DNA of 64,000 bases from Alphaproteobacteria bacterium (GTDB taxonomy: Bacteria > Pseudomonadota > Alphaproteobacteria > Caulobacterales > Parvularculaceae), in contig JAADIQ010000120.1 of assembly GCA_013151255.1 (NCBI GenBank), positions 20,894 through 84,893 of the forward strand, read 5' to 3'. Positions 1 to 9,221 of this stretch are shown here, in pieces. A program made the translations under genes and the position numbers. The notes beneath the pieces are model-generated. The model did not search any database, was not told the origin of the DNA, and worked only from the letters and a program-made list of their open reading frames with translations. Positions within the stretch are counted from its first letter, which is position 1. The number at the start of each line of letters is the position of its first letter.

Positions 1-330
1 ATTGGCCGTCCACATGCATGAAGCAGCGTAGCAATTGGCCAGCAATTGCGGCTCGGTCTTGCCGGCCTTGTCGATGATTTGTTCGTCGGTCCCGGAAAAC
101 CCCAGCGCCCGCAGGGTTTTGAGATGCGGGCGATCCTGTGGCGGCAAGAACCCCTGCCCTAGCCCCAGTTCCATCGCCGCGCGCATCTTCGCCAAGCCCT
201 GCAACGCCGCCTCACGCGGGTTCGACGCCGCGCCGGCGTTGCTCGCCGAGGCAAGATTGCCGAAGGACAGCCCGGCATAGTTGTGCGTCGGGCCGATCAG
301 GCCGTCGAAATTGTATTCTTTGTGGGTCAT
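1..330 (-). CDS. astB: N-succinylarginine dihydrolase (5' part; runs off the window edge)
   Basis: Not in the ORF track. Manual translation from the ATG at 330 gives [28 protein letters not shown]...AALQGLAKM...SCMWTAN, the characteristic AstB N-terminus. Lies downstream of astA/astD. Confidence 0.95.
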   Translation of the reverse strand, partial: MTHKEYNFDGLIGPTHNYAGLSFGNLASASNAGAASNPREAALQGLAKMRAAMELGLGQGFLPPQDRPHLKTLRALGFSGTDEQIIDKAGKTEPQLLANCYAASCMWTAN

Positions 331-341
331 TTATATCTGCT

Positions 342-683
342 TCATTCCTGAACCCTCAGCCGCTCATCCCGGCGGAAGCCGGAATCCATCTTCCGCGTAT
401 TCTGGATCCCGGCTTTCGCCGGGATGAGCGGGGCAAGTATATCGTTCAGCCATAATCTAATCATCTTTGAATTTTTCCAAGGCTTTCTCAAAACGAGCAA
501 CACGAATGCCGCGAAAGCAGCGCCGCCAATAATAACAAACAGGAAAAGACCAAGCCGTTCATTGATGTTGGCAATCGCGTCCGGAACACTTACCGCACTT
601 TCTTCACCTGCGTTTTGAAAAAACGTAGACAACAGTAGAACGACAAGCATTATAGCGAACAGTATGAGGAATCTTCTCATCAT
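342..683 (-). CDS. Hypothetical two-TM membrane protein whose C-terminus is encoded by a palindromic repeat
   Basis: 113-aa ORF with two hydrophobic stretches, visibly AT-richer than its flanks, sitting tightly between astD (5-bp gap) and astB. Confidence 0.6.
   Translation of the reverse strand: MMRRFLILFAIMLVVLLLSTFFQNAGEESAVSVPDAIANINERLGLFLFVIIGGAAFAAFVLLVLRKPWKNSKMIRLWLNDILAPLIPAKAGIQNTRKMDSGFRRDERLRVQE
360..431. repeat. REP/RPE-like palindromic element, family A, copy 1
   Basis: 29-bp arms at 360-388 and 403-431 (2 mismatches) with a 14-nt loop. Arm consensus CCGYTCATCCCGGCGAAAGCCGGGATC. Confidence 0.9.
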
Positions 684-688
684 CTTAG

Positions 689-2155
689 CTATACGTTAAA
701 CCCAACCTGATTATCCGCCATCGCCAACAATTGCTCCCCCTCCATACTCGCCACCGGGTAGGCGCAATAATCGGCTGCGTAATAAGCGCTAGGGCGATGA
801 TTGCCCGAGGCGCCAATGCCGCCGAACGGCGCCGCGCCTGAGGCGCCAGTTGTCTGGCGGTTCCAGTTGACGATGCCGGCCTGGCTCAACGTCAGGAAGG
901 TCTCCCATTTTGATTTGTCATCGGACAATATACCGGCGGAAAGCCCGAGCTTTGTGGCGTTGGCGCGAGCCATCGCGGCGTCAAAATCTTTAACCCGCCA
1001 GACTTTGAGGAGCGGGCCGAAATGTTCTTCGTCGGGCACAGCATCGACACCCGTAACATCAACAATGCCCGGCGTCACAAACGCGCCGCCCTCGTCGCGC
1101 TGGCTGAGCGTACGGATCGGCTCGCCGCCGGCGTCCACCAGCTGGTCGAAGGCGCGCTCCAGCCCCTCGGCAACTTTCGGGGAGATCACCGGGCCCATAA
1201 ATGGTTGCGGCTCGTTAAACGGCGCACCGATAATCAACCGGTCGGTGAGCGCCGTCAGCGCCTCCATCGCCCGGTCGCCGACCGCGCCCTCGGGGATAAT
1301 CAGCCGCCGTGCGCAAGTGCAACGCTGGCCGGTGGTTAAAAACGCCGACTGCACCACCGCCAGAGCGGCGGCGTCGATATCGTCCGTGTCCCACCAAATC
1401 AACGGATTGTTGCCGCCAAGTTCGAGCGCCAGAATAATGTCGAGCCTTCCGGAAAATTGTTTGTGGATGGCCACCCCGGTCTTGGCGCCACCGGTGAACA
1501 AGACGCCGTTGACGCCCTCAGCGCCGGTCAGCGCCTCGCCGGTCTCGCGTGCGCCCTGCACCAGATTGACGACGCCCGCGGGAACGCCCGCCTCGACCAT
1601 GCGTTCAACAATGAACGCGCCCGGGCCCGGGGTCTGCTCGGACGGTTTGAAGACAACTGTGTTGCCGGCGATCAGCGCGGGAACAATGTGGCCGTTAGGC
1701 AAATGCGCCGGGAAATTATACGGGCCCAGCACCGCCATCACCCCATGCGGCTTATGGCGCAACACCGCATGGGTGGCGCCGGCAACGCTTTGGCGCTCGC
1801 CCGTACGCTCATGATAGGCGCGAATGGAAATATTGACCTTGCCGGCGACAGCGGAGGCCTCGGTCTTGGTTTCCCAGTATGGCTTGCCGGTCTCGCGCGC
1901 GATCAGCTTTGCGAGCTCGTCGCTGTCGCGCTCAATCAAATCGCGATAGCGTTCGATAATTTTGATGCGTTCCGCGAGCGGCGTCAGCGCCCATGGCTCA
2001 AATGCGCCGCGCGCAGCCGCAACTGCGTCGGCAACATCTTGTTTGGTCGCCGCGGCGCCAGACCATAACGCCTCGCCCGTCGAAGGATCGCTGCTGGTAA
2101 ATTGCGCGCCCGCGCCATCGCGCCATGCGCCGTTGATCAGTATTTTATTGGTCAT
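689..2155 (-). CDS. astD: Succinylglutamate-semialdehyde dehydrogenase
   Basis: Aldehyde dehydrogenase motifs (GPYNFP, FTGG, LELGGNNP, GQRCT, EEHFGP), AstD-type C-terminus SAYYAADYCAYP, and ast context. Confidence 0.95.
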   Translation of the reverse strand: MTNKILINGAWRDGAGAQFTSSDPSTGEALWSGAAATKQDVADAVAAARGAFEPWALTPLAERIKIIERYRDLIERDSDELAKLIARETGKPYWETKTEASAVAGKVNISIRAYHERTGERQSVAGATHAVLRHKPHGVMAVLGPYNFPAHLPNGHIVPALIAGNTVVFKPSEQTPGPGAFIVERMVEAGVPAGVVNLVQGARETGEALTGAEGVNGVLFTGGAKTGVAIHKQFSGRLDIILALELGGNNPLIWWDTDDIDAAALAVVQSAFLTTGQRCTCARRLIIPEGAVGDRAMEALTALTDRLIIGAPFNEPQPFMGPVISPKVAEGLERAFDQLVDAGGEPIRTLSQRDEGGAFVTPGIVDVTGVDAVPDEEHFGPLLKVWRVKDFDAAMARANATKLGLSAGILSDDKSKWETFLTLSQAGIVNWNRQTTGASGAAPFGGIGASGNHRPSAYYAADYCAYPVASMEGEQLLAMADNQVGFNV

Positions 2156-2159
2156 CCCA

Positions 2160-3173
2160 TCACCACTCTATCGCCCGCATGGCGTCGCCCTTTTTAACAC
2201 CGAGAGTTTTTGCCGTCGTCGCATCAATCGAAATCGCATCACCGTCAACCGTCGCCGGCGCGCGCGTCGCCCGAAACGATGAAAGCTGTCCAGCGGCCAT
2301 CAACATTAATGGCGCGGCGCCAACCTCTGCGATTTTCGACACCGTCAACGTCTTGCTTTTTTTGACCGTCTCGATGTCGTCAATCTCTGCATCGACCAGC
2401 GGACCGCCGTCAAACACGTCAATATAACCGCGATAAGAAAAGCCCTCCTTCAATAGCATATTGAAGGCCGGCGCAGCGCCGTCATGGGGCTTGCCAAGAA
2501 TATCGCGGGCCGCCTTCGGCAGCAGCGATGCATAGATCGGATGGCGCGGCATCAGATCGGCAATGAACTGATTGCCCATCGCAGAATTTGCAACATCAGC
2601 AGCTTCAAATTCCATGTCGAAAAACGGTTTGCCGAGCGCATCCCAAAACGGCTGCTCGCCATTGGGCCCGCGCCAGCCACGCAACTCCGCGCAGACCGGC
2701 GAGGCGATCAGCTGGCGATGCAAAGCAATGAAAAGGTACCGCGTCTTGGCCAGGAACTTGCCATAGCCCTCGCCGCGCGCCTCGGGGGAAAGGAATAACG
2801 AGCCAACCTCGCCGCAACCGGTAAAGTCATGGGTCGGCACTAGTAGTCGCCGATCGATGCGTTTTTTTAATTGCTTGGAGACATGCACGGTTTTGTTGAT
2901 GCGGTAATTAACGAAGCCATGGTCGAGGCCAATCGCCGAAAACACCGCCGACGTCCCTATAACTTTGCCGCCCGCTTCAAGCACCATCATGTAGATTTCG
3001 CCGCCGGGCTCTACGGCGTTTTTTGCAAAACTTTCGCAGGCAAATTCAATCCGCGGACGCAACGCCGAAGGCTCTGGCGGCAGATTGGTCATGCCGCCGC
3101 CGGACTGTTTGGCGAGCGCCAGAATTTCATCGAAATCTTCCACCCGAACCGGGCGCATAAAGGCCTGCGTCAT
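2160..3173 (-). CDS. astA: Arginine N-succinyltransferase
   Basis: TNLP, EVGSLFL, AELRG, PFW, FIADLMPRHPIY and DVFDGGP motifs. The ATG at 3173 overlaps the upstream stop (ATGA). Confidence 0.93.
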   Translation of the reverse strand: MTQAFMRPVRVEDFDEILALAKQSGGGMTNLPPEPSALRPRIEFACESFAKNAVEPGGEIYMMVLEAGGKVIGTSAVFSAIGLDHGFVNYRINKTVHVSKQLKKRIDRRLLVPTHDFTGCGEVGSLFLSPEARGEGYGKFLAKTRYLFIALHRQLIASPVCAELRGWRGPNGEQPFWDALGKPFFDMEFEAADVANSAMGNQFIADLMPRHPIYASLLPKAARDILGKPHDGAAPAFNMLLKEGFSYRGYIDVFDGGPLVDAEIDDIETVKKSKTLTVSKIAEVGAAPLMLMAAGQLSSFRATRAPATVDGDAISIDATTAKTLGVKKGDAMRAIEW

Positions 3174-4423
3174 CGGCTTGGCTCCTTTGTCTCGCAACTG
3201 CCGGGGATTGCGATATCGCCGGCGGCAATTTTTAACAGCAACAACGCGGAAAGCTTCGCGCGCTCCACCAGACTGTCGAGCGCAGCGTATTCTTGCACTG
3301 AATGAATATTGGCGCCGCGCACGCCGAGCGTATCGATCACCGGAATGCCCGCCGCCGCGATATTATTGCCGTCACAACACCCGCCGGTCGGCTGCCAGGC
3401 GATATCAAGGCCAAGCTCGGCGCCGGTTGCCTTCAGCGCGTCAAAAAACGCCTTAAGGTCTGGCGTCATCGGCTTTGGCGGGCGGGTAAATCCGCCGGTC
3501 AGTTCCGCCTCATAACCCTCGCGACTGTTTATCGAGTCAATCAACGCGCCGACTTGCGTCAGAAACCAGTCAGCGTCGCCGGGCTGTTCAAGGCGCACAT
3601 TAAACCGCACCACCGCCAGCCCCGGCACAACATTATTCGGCCCGCCGCCGTCAACACGCGCGACATTCACGGTGAGCCCCTCGCGCGCGCCGGTGAGCCT
3701 ATCAACGCCGGTGATAAATTCCGCAGCCGCGGCGAGCGCGTTGCGACCGAGGTGATGTTCACGTCCCGCATGGGCGCTCTTGCCGCGAATGACCGCTGCA
3801 AAATTGCCCGATCCTTTGCGCGCGCCGGCGAGCGTGCCGTCGGCGAGCGCCGGCTCATAAACGCAAGCGAACTGCGCGCGCTTTGCCGCCGCGTCGAGCA
3901 TATGCGCCGAGCCGTGCGAGCCGATTTCCTCATCGGCGTTGATCAGCACCTCATAACCAATCTTGTCGGCGTACTCGGATTGTTCGATCACCTTCAAGGC
4001 ATAGAGCATGACAAGAAGCCCGCCCTTCATGTCGGCGGCGCCCGGCGCGTTTAATCTGTCGTCGTCAAGAAATTTCTCACCCTGAAACGGATGGTCCGCG
4101 GCAAAGACCGTATCCATATGTCCCGCGAGCAACACCCGCACCGGCGCCTGCGGCCGTTTGACCAGCCGCAGCATATCGCCAATCGGCTTGGTCTCCGGCA
4201 CGCCTTCGTTGGTGACGATTTGGTGCGGCTTTGAGGCCACGGTTTCAACATCCGCGCCGAGCCCGCCAAAGGCGTCGCTGAGGGCGCTATGCATGCGTCT
4301 GAGGCCCTCAATATTGCCGCTGCCGGAATTGATGGCGCACCAGGCGCGCAATGTCGCGGTCATTTCGGCCCGCTTGTCGTCCAGATAGCCAAGATTGCCC
4401 GCGAACTTGTTGATATTGCTCAT
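3170..4423 (-). CDS. M20 family metallo-amidohydrolase (carboxypeptidase G2-like)
   Basis: GHMDTVF, GAADMKGG, ADEEIGS, YEP, GGCCDGN and IHS zinc-site motifs. First gene of the ast run. Start taken at MSNINK. Confidence 0.88.
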   Translation of the reverse strand: MSNINKFAGNLGYLDDKRAEMTATLRAWCAINSGSGNIEGLRRMHSALSDAFGGLGADVETVASKPHQIVTNEGVPETKPIGDMLRLVKRPQAPVRVLLAGHMDTVFAADHPFQGEKFLDDDRLNAPGAADMKGGLLVMLYALKVIEQSEYADKIGYEVLINADEEIGSHGSAHMLDAAAKRAQFACVYEPALADGTLAGARKGSGNFAAVIRGKSAHAGREHHLGRNALAAAAEFITGVDRLTGAREGLTVNVARVDGGGPNNVVPGLAVVRFNVRLEQPGDADWFLTQVGALIDSINSREGYEAELTGGFTRPPKPMTPDLKAFFDALKATGAELGLDIAWQPTGGCCDGNNIAAAGIPVIDTLGVRGANIHSVQEYAALDSLVERAKLSALLLLKIAAGDIAIPGSCETKEPSR

Positions 4424-4563
4424 AGCCGAAAGCACTAGCGAAGGCGGCAAGCCCCCGCAAGGAGGCTTGCAAAGCTTTTCATTCCGGCGCGAACGCTTCT
4501 ATAGTTCAAGCGGAACAGATTTTTGGCAATTCCTTCAATCCGGGGCAATCAGACACCGCTAAG

Positions 4564-7191
4564 ATGTTGCATTTCATAGAGAAGATCCTGATCGCCTGGG
4601 CGGACGCGGCAAGGCGCGGCGGCCTGGCGCTGGCGCTCGGCTTTATCGCCGTGACGGGGTTGGCTGGCTATTACGCCGCTACCCATCTCAAGGTGAACAC
4701 CGACACCAGCGCGATGCTTGATCCGTCGCTGCCATTTCAGCTTCGCGCGGCGGCGCTGCGCGACGCCTTTCCGCAAACCAAAACCGACATCATTGTCATC
4801 GCGCGGGCAAAAACGCTGGACGAGGCGGACGCCTTCATCGCTGATTTGCGCGCCGTGGTCGCAGAAGAAAAGACCGCCTTCACCAGCGTTTTCGCCCCCG
4901 CGCAAGAGCCGTTCTTTCAGAAAAACGGGCTGCTCTATCTCAGCGAAGATGCGCTTGAAGACCGGCTGACGCAGATGTCGAAAGCCTCCGGGTTGATTGA
5001 GACGCTGATCAAAAGCCCGACCATCGGCACGCTATTCACCACCCTTGCCGGCAACGACAAACTCGCCGAGCGCTCCGACCTCGGCCAGGACACGCTGCAA
5101 CAACTCTACAAAGAGTTGAGCGTTGTCGTTGAGGCGAGCATCGAAGGAGAGGTCAGACCGTTCTCGTGGATGGGCGCGCTGGATGAGGACATCGCCGCCA
5201 GCGACAGCCATACGCGGCTCCTATACGCAACGCCGGTGCTCGACTTTAGTCGGCTGCAACCGGCCAAAGCCGGCATCGAAGTTCTGCGCGGCGAAATTGA
5301 CGCGCTGTCTCAAAAATATAGCGGCCGGGTTAAGGCCTATGTCACTGGCGATCCGGCGTTGCGGGTGGAAGAACTTGAAGCGGTCACCACCGGCATCGGC
5401 CTGTCGATGGTGCTTTCGCTGATCCTGGTGAGCCTGCTTTTACTGCTGTGTTACCGCTCCGCGGCGATGGTGGTGCTGACTTTGACCGGGCTCATCATCA
5501 CCTTGGTTTTGACGTCAGCTTTTGCAGCCGCGTTTTTGGGCGAGTTAAATCTGGTTTCCGTCGCCTTTACGGTGTTGCTGATCGGGCTGGGGCTCGATTT
5601 TGCCATTCACCTCCTCTTACATGTGCAAGAGCGCCGCGATGATGGCCAGGACAACGCCGCCGCGCTCACCGGCGCCTTGCATGAGGTTGGCCCGGCGATG
5701 GCGCTGGCCGCGCCGACAACGGCGCTGGCGTTTTTATCTTTTGTGCCGACGAAATTTGACGGCATCGCCCAGCTCGGGATGATTTCCGCCGCCGGGGTGA
5801 TTATCGCCTTTATGGTTTCCGTCACCTTCCTGCCGGCGGCGCTGGCGCGTCTTCCCGCCGCGAAAGTTAGAAAACGAAGCGGCCGCATTCGCGCGATTTT
5901 TCAATCCCTGTCGAAGGTCGCGGGACCGGTCGCGTTCGTGACCGTCCTGATCGGCATCTTTGCGCTCCTGTTAATGCCGCAGGTGCGCTTTGACGCTGAC
6001 CAAATGTCGCTGCGCAACCCCAATGCGCCCTCTGTCATCGGCTTCAATATGCTGTTTGACGACGCGGCAACCGTGCCCTACCGGCTAACCCGGCTGGTCG
6101 GCAGCGAAGCGGCCGCGCGCGAGACCTCAGCCGAGGCGGCGGCGCTGCCATCGGTCGCCAGCACCCGGTCATTGCCGGATTTTGTGCCTGAAGATCAGGA
6201 CGAAAAGCTTGAATTAATCGATTTCGCGGCGGGAACACTGGTGTTCGCCCTCGCCGCCGAGCCCGCCAGCATTGCCGGCCCACCTGCGACTGAGGGTATC
6301 GCCAAATTACAGGCCCGGCTCAAAGAAGCGTATACGGACGGCCCCGGCGCACGCCTTGCTGCACTACTCGGCGATTTGGCGGCAGTGGGCGATCCAGCCG
6401 CTATAGAGCGTCTTGAGCGGAATACCTTTCTCTATTGGCCGCAACTGGTAGAACGCCTGAGCGCGCAAATGAACGCTGATTATATTGATGTCGATAGTTT
6501 GCCCACCTCATTACGCGAGCGATATTTATCAGCGGACGGTATCTGGCGCGTCGACATTCTTCCCAAACAGGACCTACGCGACAACAATGCGCTGAACGCA
6601 TTTGTCGACGACGTCGAAAAACATTTTCCCGATCTTACCGGTGGCGCACTGCAATCGAAAAAAGCTGGTGAGGTTATTTCCAACGCGATGCTTCAGGCGA
6701 CCCTGATTGCATTCGCGGTGATCGCCGTTTTCCTCTGGCTGTTGGTGCGGCGCATCCTGACGGTGCTGCTGGTTCTGTTTCCGTTGTTGCTCGCCGCCAT
6801 CCTCACCGCTGCAACCGGCGTTTTGCTGGACGCGCCGTTTAACTACGCCAATGTCATCGTCTTGCCGTTGTTGATCGGCATCGGCGTCGATAGCGGCATC
6901 CATCTGGTCATGCGCCACGACCAGGTAACCGCCGGCGAAGGCGTCTATGGCACATCAACGCCGCGGGCAGTCCTGTTTGCGGCGCTGACCACGGTCGCCT
7001 CCTTTGGCAGCTTGATGTTGTCACCGCATCGCGGCACCGCCAGCATGGGCGAGTTGCTGACCATCGCCCTCGCGATCACCATAATTTGTACGCTGGTGGT
7101 TTTGCCGGCGGCTTTTAATTACGCCGACAAGCGCCTGAAAGACCGCCTCGAAGCCATGGCCAATCGCCGTAATATTCAGAAGAAACAATAG
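4564..7191 (+). CDS. hpnN: MMPL/RND family hopanoid transporter
   Basis: 875 aa, two TM bundles each with a GxGxD motif (GLGLDFAIH, GIGVDSGIH), large extracytoplasmic loops, hpn context. Confidence 0.85.
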   Translation: MLHFIEKILIAWADAARRGGLALALGFIAVTGLAGYYAATHLKVNTDTSAMLDPSLPFQLRAAALRDAFPQTKTDIIVIARAKTLDEADAFIADLRAVVAEEKTAFTSVFAPAQEPFFQKNGLLYLSEDALEDRLTQMSKASGLIETLIKSPTIGTLFTTLAGNDKLAERSDLGQDTLQQLYKELSVVVEASIEGEVRPFSWMGALDEDIAASDSHTRLLYATPVLDFSRLQPAKAGIEVLRGEIDALSQKYSGRVKAYVTGDPALRVEELEAVTTGIGLSMVLSLILVSLLLLLCYRSAAMVVLTLTGLIITLVLTSAFAAAFLGELNLVSVAFTVLLIGLGLDFAIHLLLHVQERRDDGQDNAAALTGALHEVGPAMALAAPTTALAFLSFVPTKFDGIAQLGMISAAGVIIAFMVSVTFLPAALARLPAAKVRKRSGRIRAIFQSLSKVAGPVAFVTVLIGIFALLLMPQVRFDADQMSLRNPNAPSVIGFNMLFDDAATVPYRLTRLVGSEAAARETSAEAAALPSVASTRSLPDFVPEDQDEKLELIDFAAGTLVFALAAEPASIAGPPATEGIAKLQARLKEAYTDGPGARLAALLGDLAAVGDPAAIERLERNTFLYWPQLVERLSAQMNADYIDVDSLPTSLRERYLSADGIWRVDILPKQDLRDNNALNAFVDDVEKHFPDLTGGALQSKKAGEVISNAMLQATLIAFAVIAVFLWLLVRRILTVLLVLFPLLLAAILTAATGVLLDAPFNYANVIVLPLLIGIGVDSGIHLVMRHDQVTAGEGVYGTSTPRAVLFAALTTVASFGSLMLSPHRGTASMGELLTIALAITIICTLVVLPAAFNYADKRLKDRLEAMANRRNIQKKQ

Positions 7192-7365
7192 ATTATCCAC
7201 CATTTCGGTGAAAATAGGTTAATCAACCTGGACGCCCTTCTGCGTGCCAAAAACCACACCCGCCATCTTATTGTCGGCATGATGCTGGAATAGCGCCGCA
7301 ATCAGACCATATAGTTTCAAATCTCAACGCTGGCCCACCGGCCGCGCATCTAACAGGTAGCATCG

Positions 7366-7998
7366 ATGTTTATGTCTCGGGTTCGCATTTTCGCCGCGCT
7401 GATCGCAGCGGCCTCAGTTACCGCGCCGGTCCAGGCGGCGGACGAGCCAGCGGCGGCGGAAGCGGAAAATTCGCGGATCGACGCTGCGGTCGCCTTTGCC
7501 AAAGCGCTGACCAATGGCGCCACCGTCGCGCTCACCGATGAAACCGCTGACGAGGCGACGCGGCTTGAGAATTTTCGCGTGGTGCTCGCCGACGGGCTCG
7601 CGCTCGACACCATCGGCAGGTTCATGCTCGGCGCGACGCGCAAAACCATGAGCGATGAACAAACCGCGCGCTATAATGCAATTTTTCCACAATATATCAC
7701 AAAACTCTACGCCGAGCAGTTTGACGAGATTGTCGGCAAGCCGCTTGAGGTGGTTGACGCAAAACAAATCGGCGCCCGCGACGTCATCGTCCGCACCCAG
7801 TTTGACCGCAAGGACAACGCGCCGATTATGGTCGACTGGCGCATACGCGAATTACGCTCCGGCGACCGCAAAGCCATCGACATCATCGTCTCCGGCGTCT
7901 CCATCATGTTAGTCAAACGCGAAGAGTTTTCATCGTTTATTGAAACCAATGGGGTCGATGCGTTGCTGGATCGGCTGGAAGTGGAAGCTGCTGGTTAA
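7366..7998 (+). CDS. hpnM: MlaC/Ttg2D family periplasmic lipid carrier (HpnM-like)
   Basis: Signal peptide, VDWR and IDIIVSGVS...REEF motifs of the MlaC family, directly after hpnN. Confidence 0.75.
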   Translation: MFMSRVRIFAALIAAASVTAPVQAADEPAAAEAENSRIDAAVAFAKALTNGATVALTDETADEATRLENFRVVLADGLALDTIGRFMLGATRKTMSDEQTARYNAIFPQYITKLYAEQFDEIVGKPLEVVDAKQIGARDVIVRTQFDRKDNAPIMVDWRIRELRSGDRKAIDIIVSGVSIMLVKREEFSSFIETNGVDALLDRLEVEAAG

Positions 7999-8001
7999 AG
8001 G

Positions 8002-8261
8002 TGGGGATTGGGGAATAGGGATTAGAGTCTGTTCCAAACGAGCTGAGTCATTTCAATCAGTTAGCACCGGCGCCCCCTCCCTCGTGTCATCACCGGCGGA
8101 CTTGTTCCGGCAATCCAGAGCTGCAAATAACGGAAAATTTCTGGATCACCGGAACAAGTCCGGTGATGACAGCGCTGATAATGCGTACTTCTTTTTGAGT
8201 CAGACGCTTAGGGAATAGGGGTTAGACCTCGTGAACTAATCCCTAAAACCTAATCCCTAAC
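8002..8261. repeat. Heptamer (TAGGGAW-like) short tandem tracts flanking the convergent intergenic region
   Basis: TGGGGAT-TGGGGAA-TAGGGAT-TAG at 8002-8025, TAGGGAA-TAGGGGT-TAG at 8209-8225, and the inverse-orientation tract CTAATCC-CTAAAAC-CTAATCC-CTAA at 8236-8260. Confidence 0.7.
8085..8171. repeat. REP/RPE-like palindromic element, family B
   Basis: Arms TGTCATCACCGG(CGG)ACTTGTTCCGGCAATCCAGA and TCTGGATCACCGGAACAAGTCCGGTGATGACA. The left arm has a 3-bp insertion. Lies between convergent genes. Confidence 0.85.
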
Positions 8262-9149
8262 TCAGCTCTTCCGCTCAAACACAAAATCCGCGGCGCCTTT
8301 CAGCGGCGCGGCGACATCCCCGAACCGGTCCAAATGCGCTTTCGCGCTTTCCACCAGCTCAGCCGCTTTGGCTTTGGCGCCGTCCATGCCGAACAGTTTG
8401 ATGAAGGTCGCCTTGTCCATTTCGCTGTCCTGCCCGACCGGCTTGCCGAGTGCTTGCGCGTCGCTGGTCTCATCGAGGATGTCGTCGACAATCTGGAAGG
8501 CAAGACCGAGGTCTTCCGCATAGGCGCTGAGCGCTGCGATCTCGTCAGTCGACCCGCCGCCCACAATACCGCCGCCGACCGCGCCAAAGCGGATGAGGGC
8601 GCCGGTTTTCAGGCGCTGTAATTGCGTGACGCCGTCAAGGTCGAAATTCTTTTGCTCGGCATAGATGTCAATCATCTGGCCGCCGACCATGCCTTCCTTG
8701 CCGCTTGCGCGGGCAAGCTCTAGCGCCAGCGCGCAACGGATATTGGCGTCGGGATGGGTTTCTTCCTCCGCCAGAATTTCAAACGCCTGGGTCAACAACG
8801 CATCGCCTGCAAGGATCGCGGTGGCGTCGTCATATTTCTTATGCACCGAAGGCCGCCCGCGTCGCAGGTCGCTATCATCCATCGCCGGCAAATCATCATG
8901 GATGAGGCTGTAACAATGGATCATTTCCACCGCGCAGCTGACCCGAACCGAGCGCACGCGCGGGCAATCAAACATATCCGCCGCGCCAACCACCAGAAAC
9001 GGACGCAGCCTTTTGCCGCCATCAAGCGCGCCCCAGCGCATCGCGTCCGCCACCCGGCCGAGCGGGCCGTCCTGGGTCGGCAGGAATTCATCGAGCGCAG
9101 TCTCCACCAGCGCGGCGATTTCCTTAATGGTTTGAGCAAATACAGACAT
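8262..9149 (-). CDS. ispA: Farnesyl diphosphate synthase / geranyltranstransferase
   Basis: GGKRLRP, SLIHDDLPAMDDSDLRRG, GQMID, KTGAL and FQIVDDILD motifs. Confidence 0.95.
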   Translation of the reverse strand: MSVFAQTIKEIAALVETALDEFLPTQDGPLGRVADAMRWGALDGGKRLRPFLVVGAADMFDCPRVRSVRVSCAVEMIHCYSLIHDDLPAMDDSDLRRGRPSVHKKYDDATAILAGDALLTQAFEILAEEETHPDANIRCALALELARASGKEGMVGGQMIDIYAEQKNFDLDGVTQLQRLKTGALIRFGAVGGGIVGGGSTDEIAALSAYAEDLGLAFQIVDDILDETSDAQALGKPVGQDSEMDKATFIKLFGMDGAKAKAAELVESAKAHLDRFGDVAAPLKGAADFVFERKS

Positions 9150-9168
9150 GACTGCCTTCAAACAGTAA

Positions 9169-9196
9169 AACGAGCGCGGCTATTAGCGCGCTCGTT
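9169..9196 (-). terminator. Probable intrinsic terminator
   Basis: Perfect 10-bp stem AACGAGCGCG/CGCGCTCGTT with an 8-nt loop. On the minus strand it is followed by T-rich sequence, just downstream of the 9222-9884 ORF. Confidence 0.55.
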
Positions 9197-9221
9197 AGGC
9201 CGGCTCAACCCGCTACGCAAA

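Noticed and set aside
801-1814. Long antisense ORFs in the track (for example 801-1814, 32264-33241, 33424-34671, 49039-49953)
   Set aside because: They lie opposite well-supported genes, have no motifs, and are the expected shadow frames of GC-rich coding DNA.
8001-8022. G-quadruplex in GGTGGGGATTGGGGAATAGGG
   Set aside because: Only three runs of three or more G; better explained as heptamer repeats.
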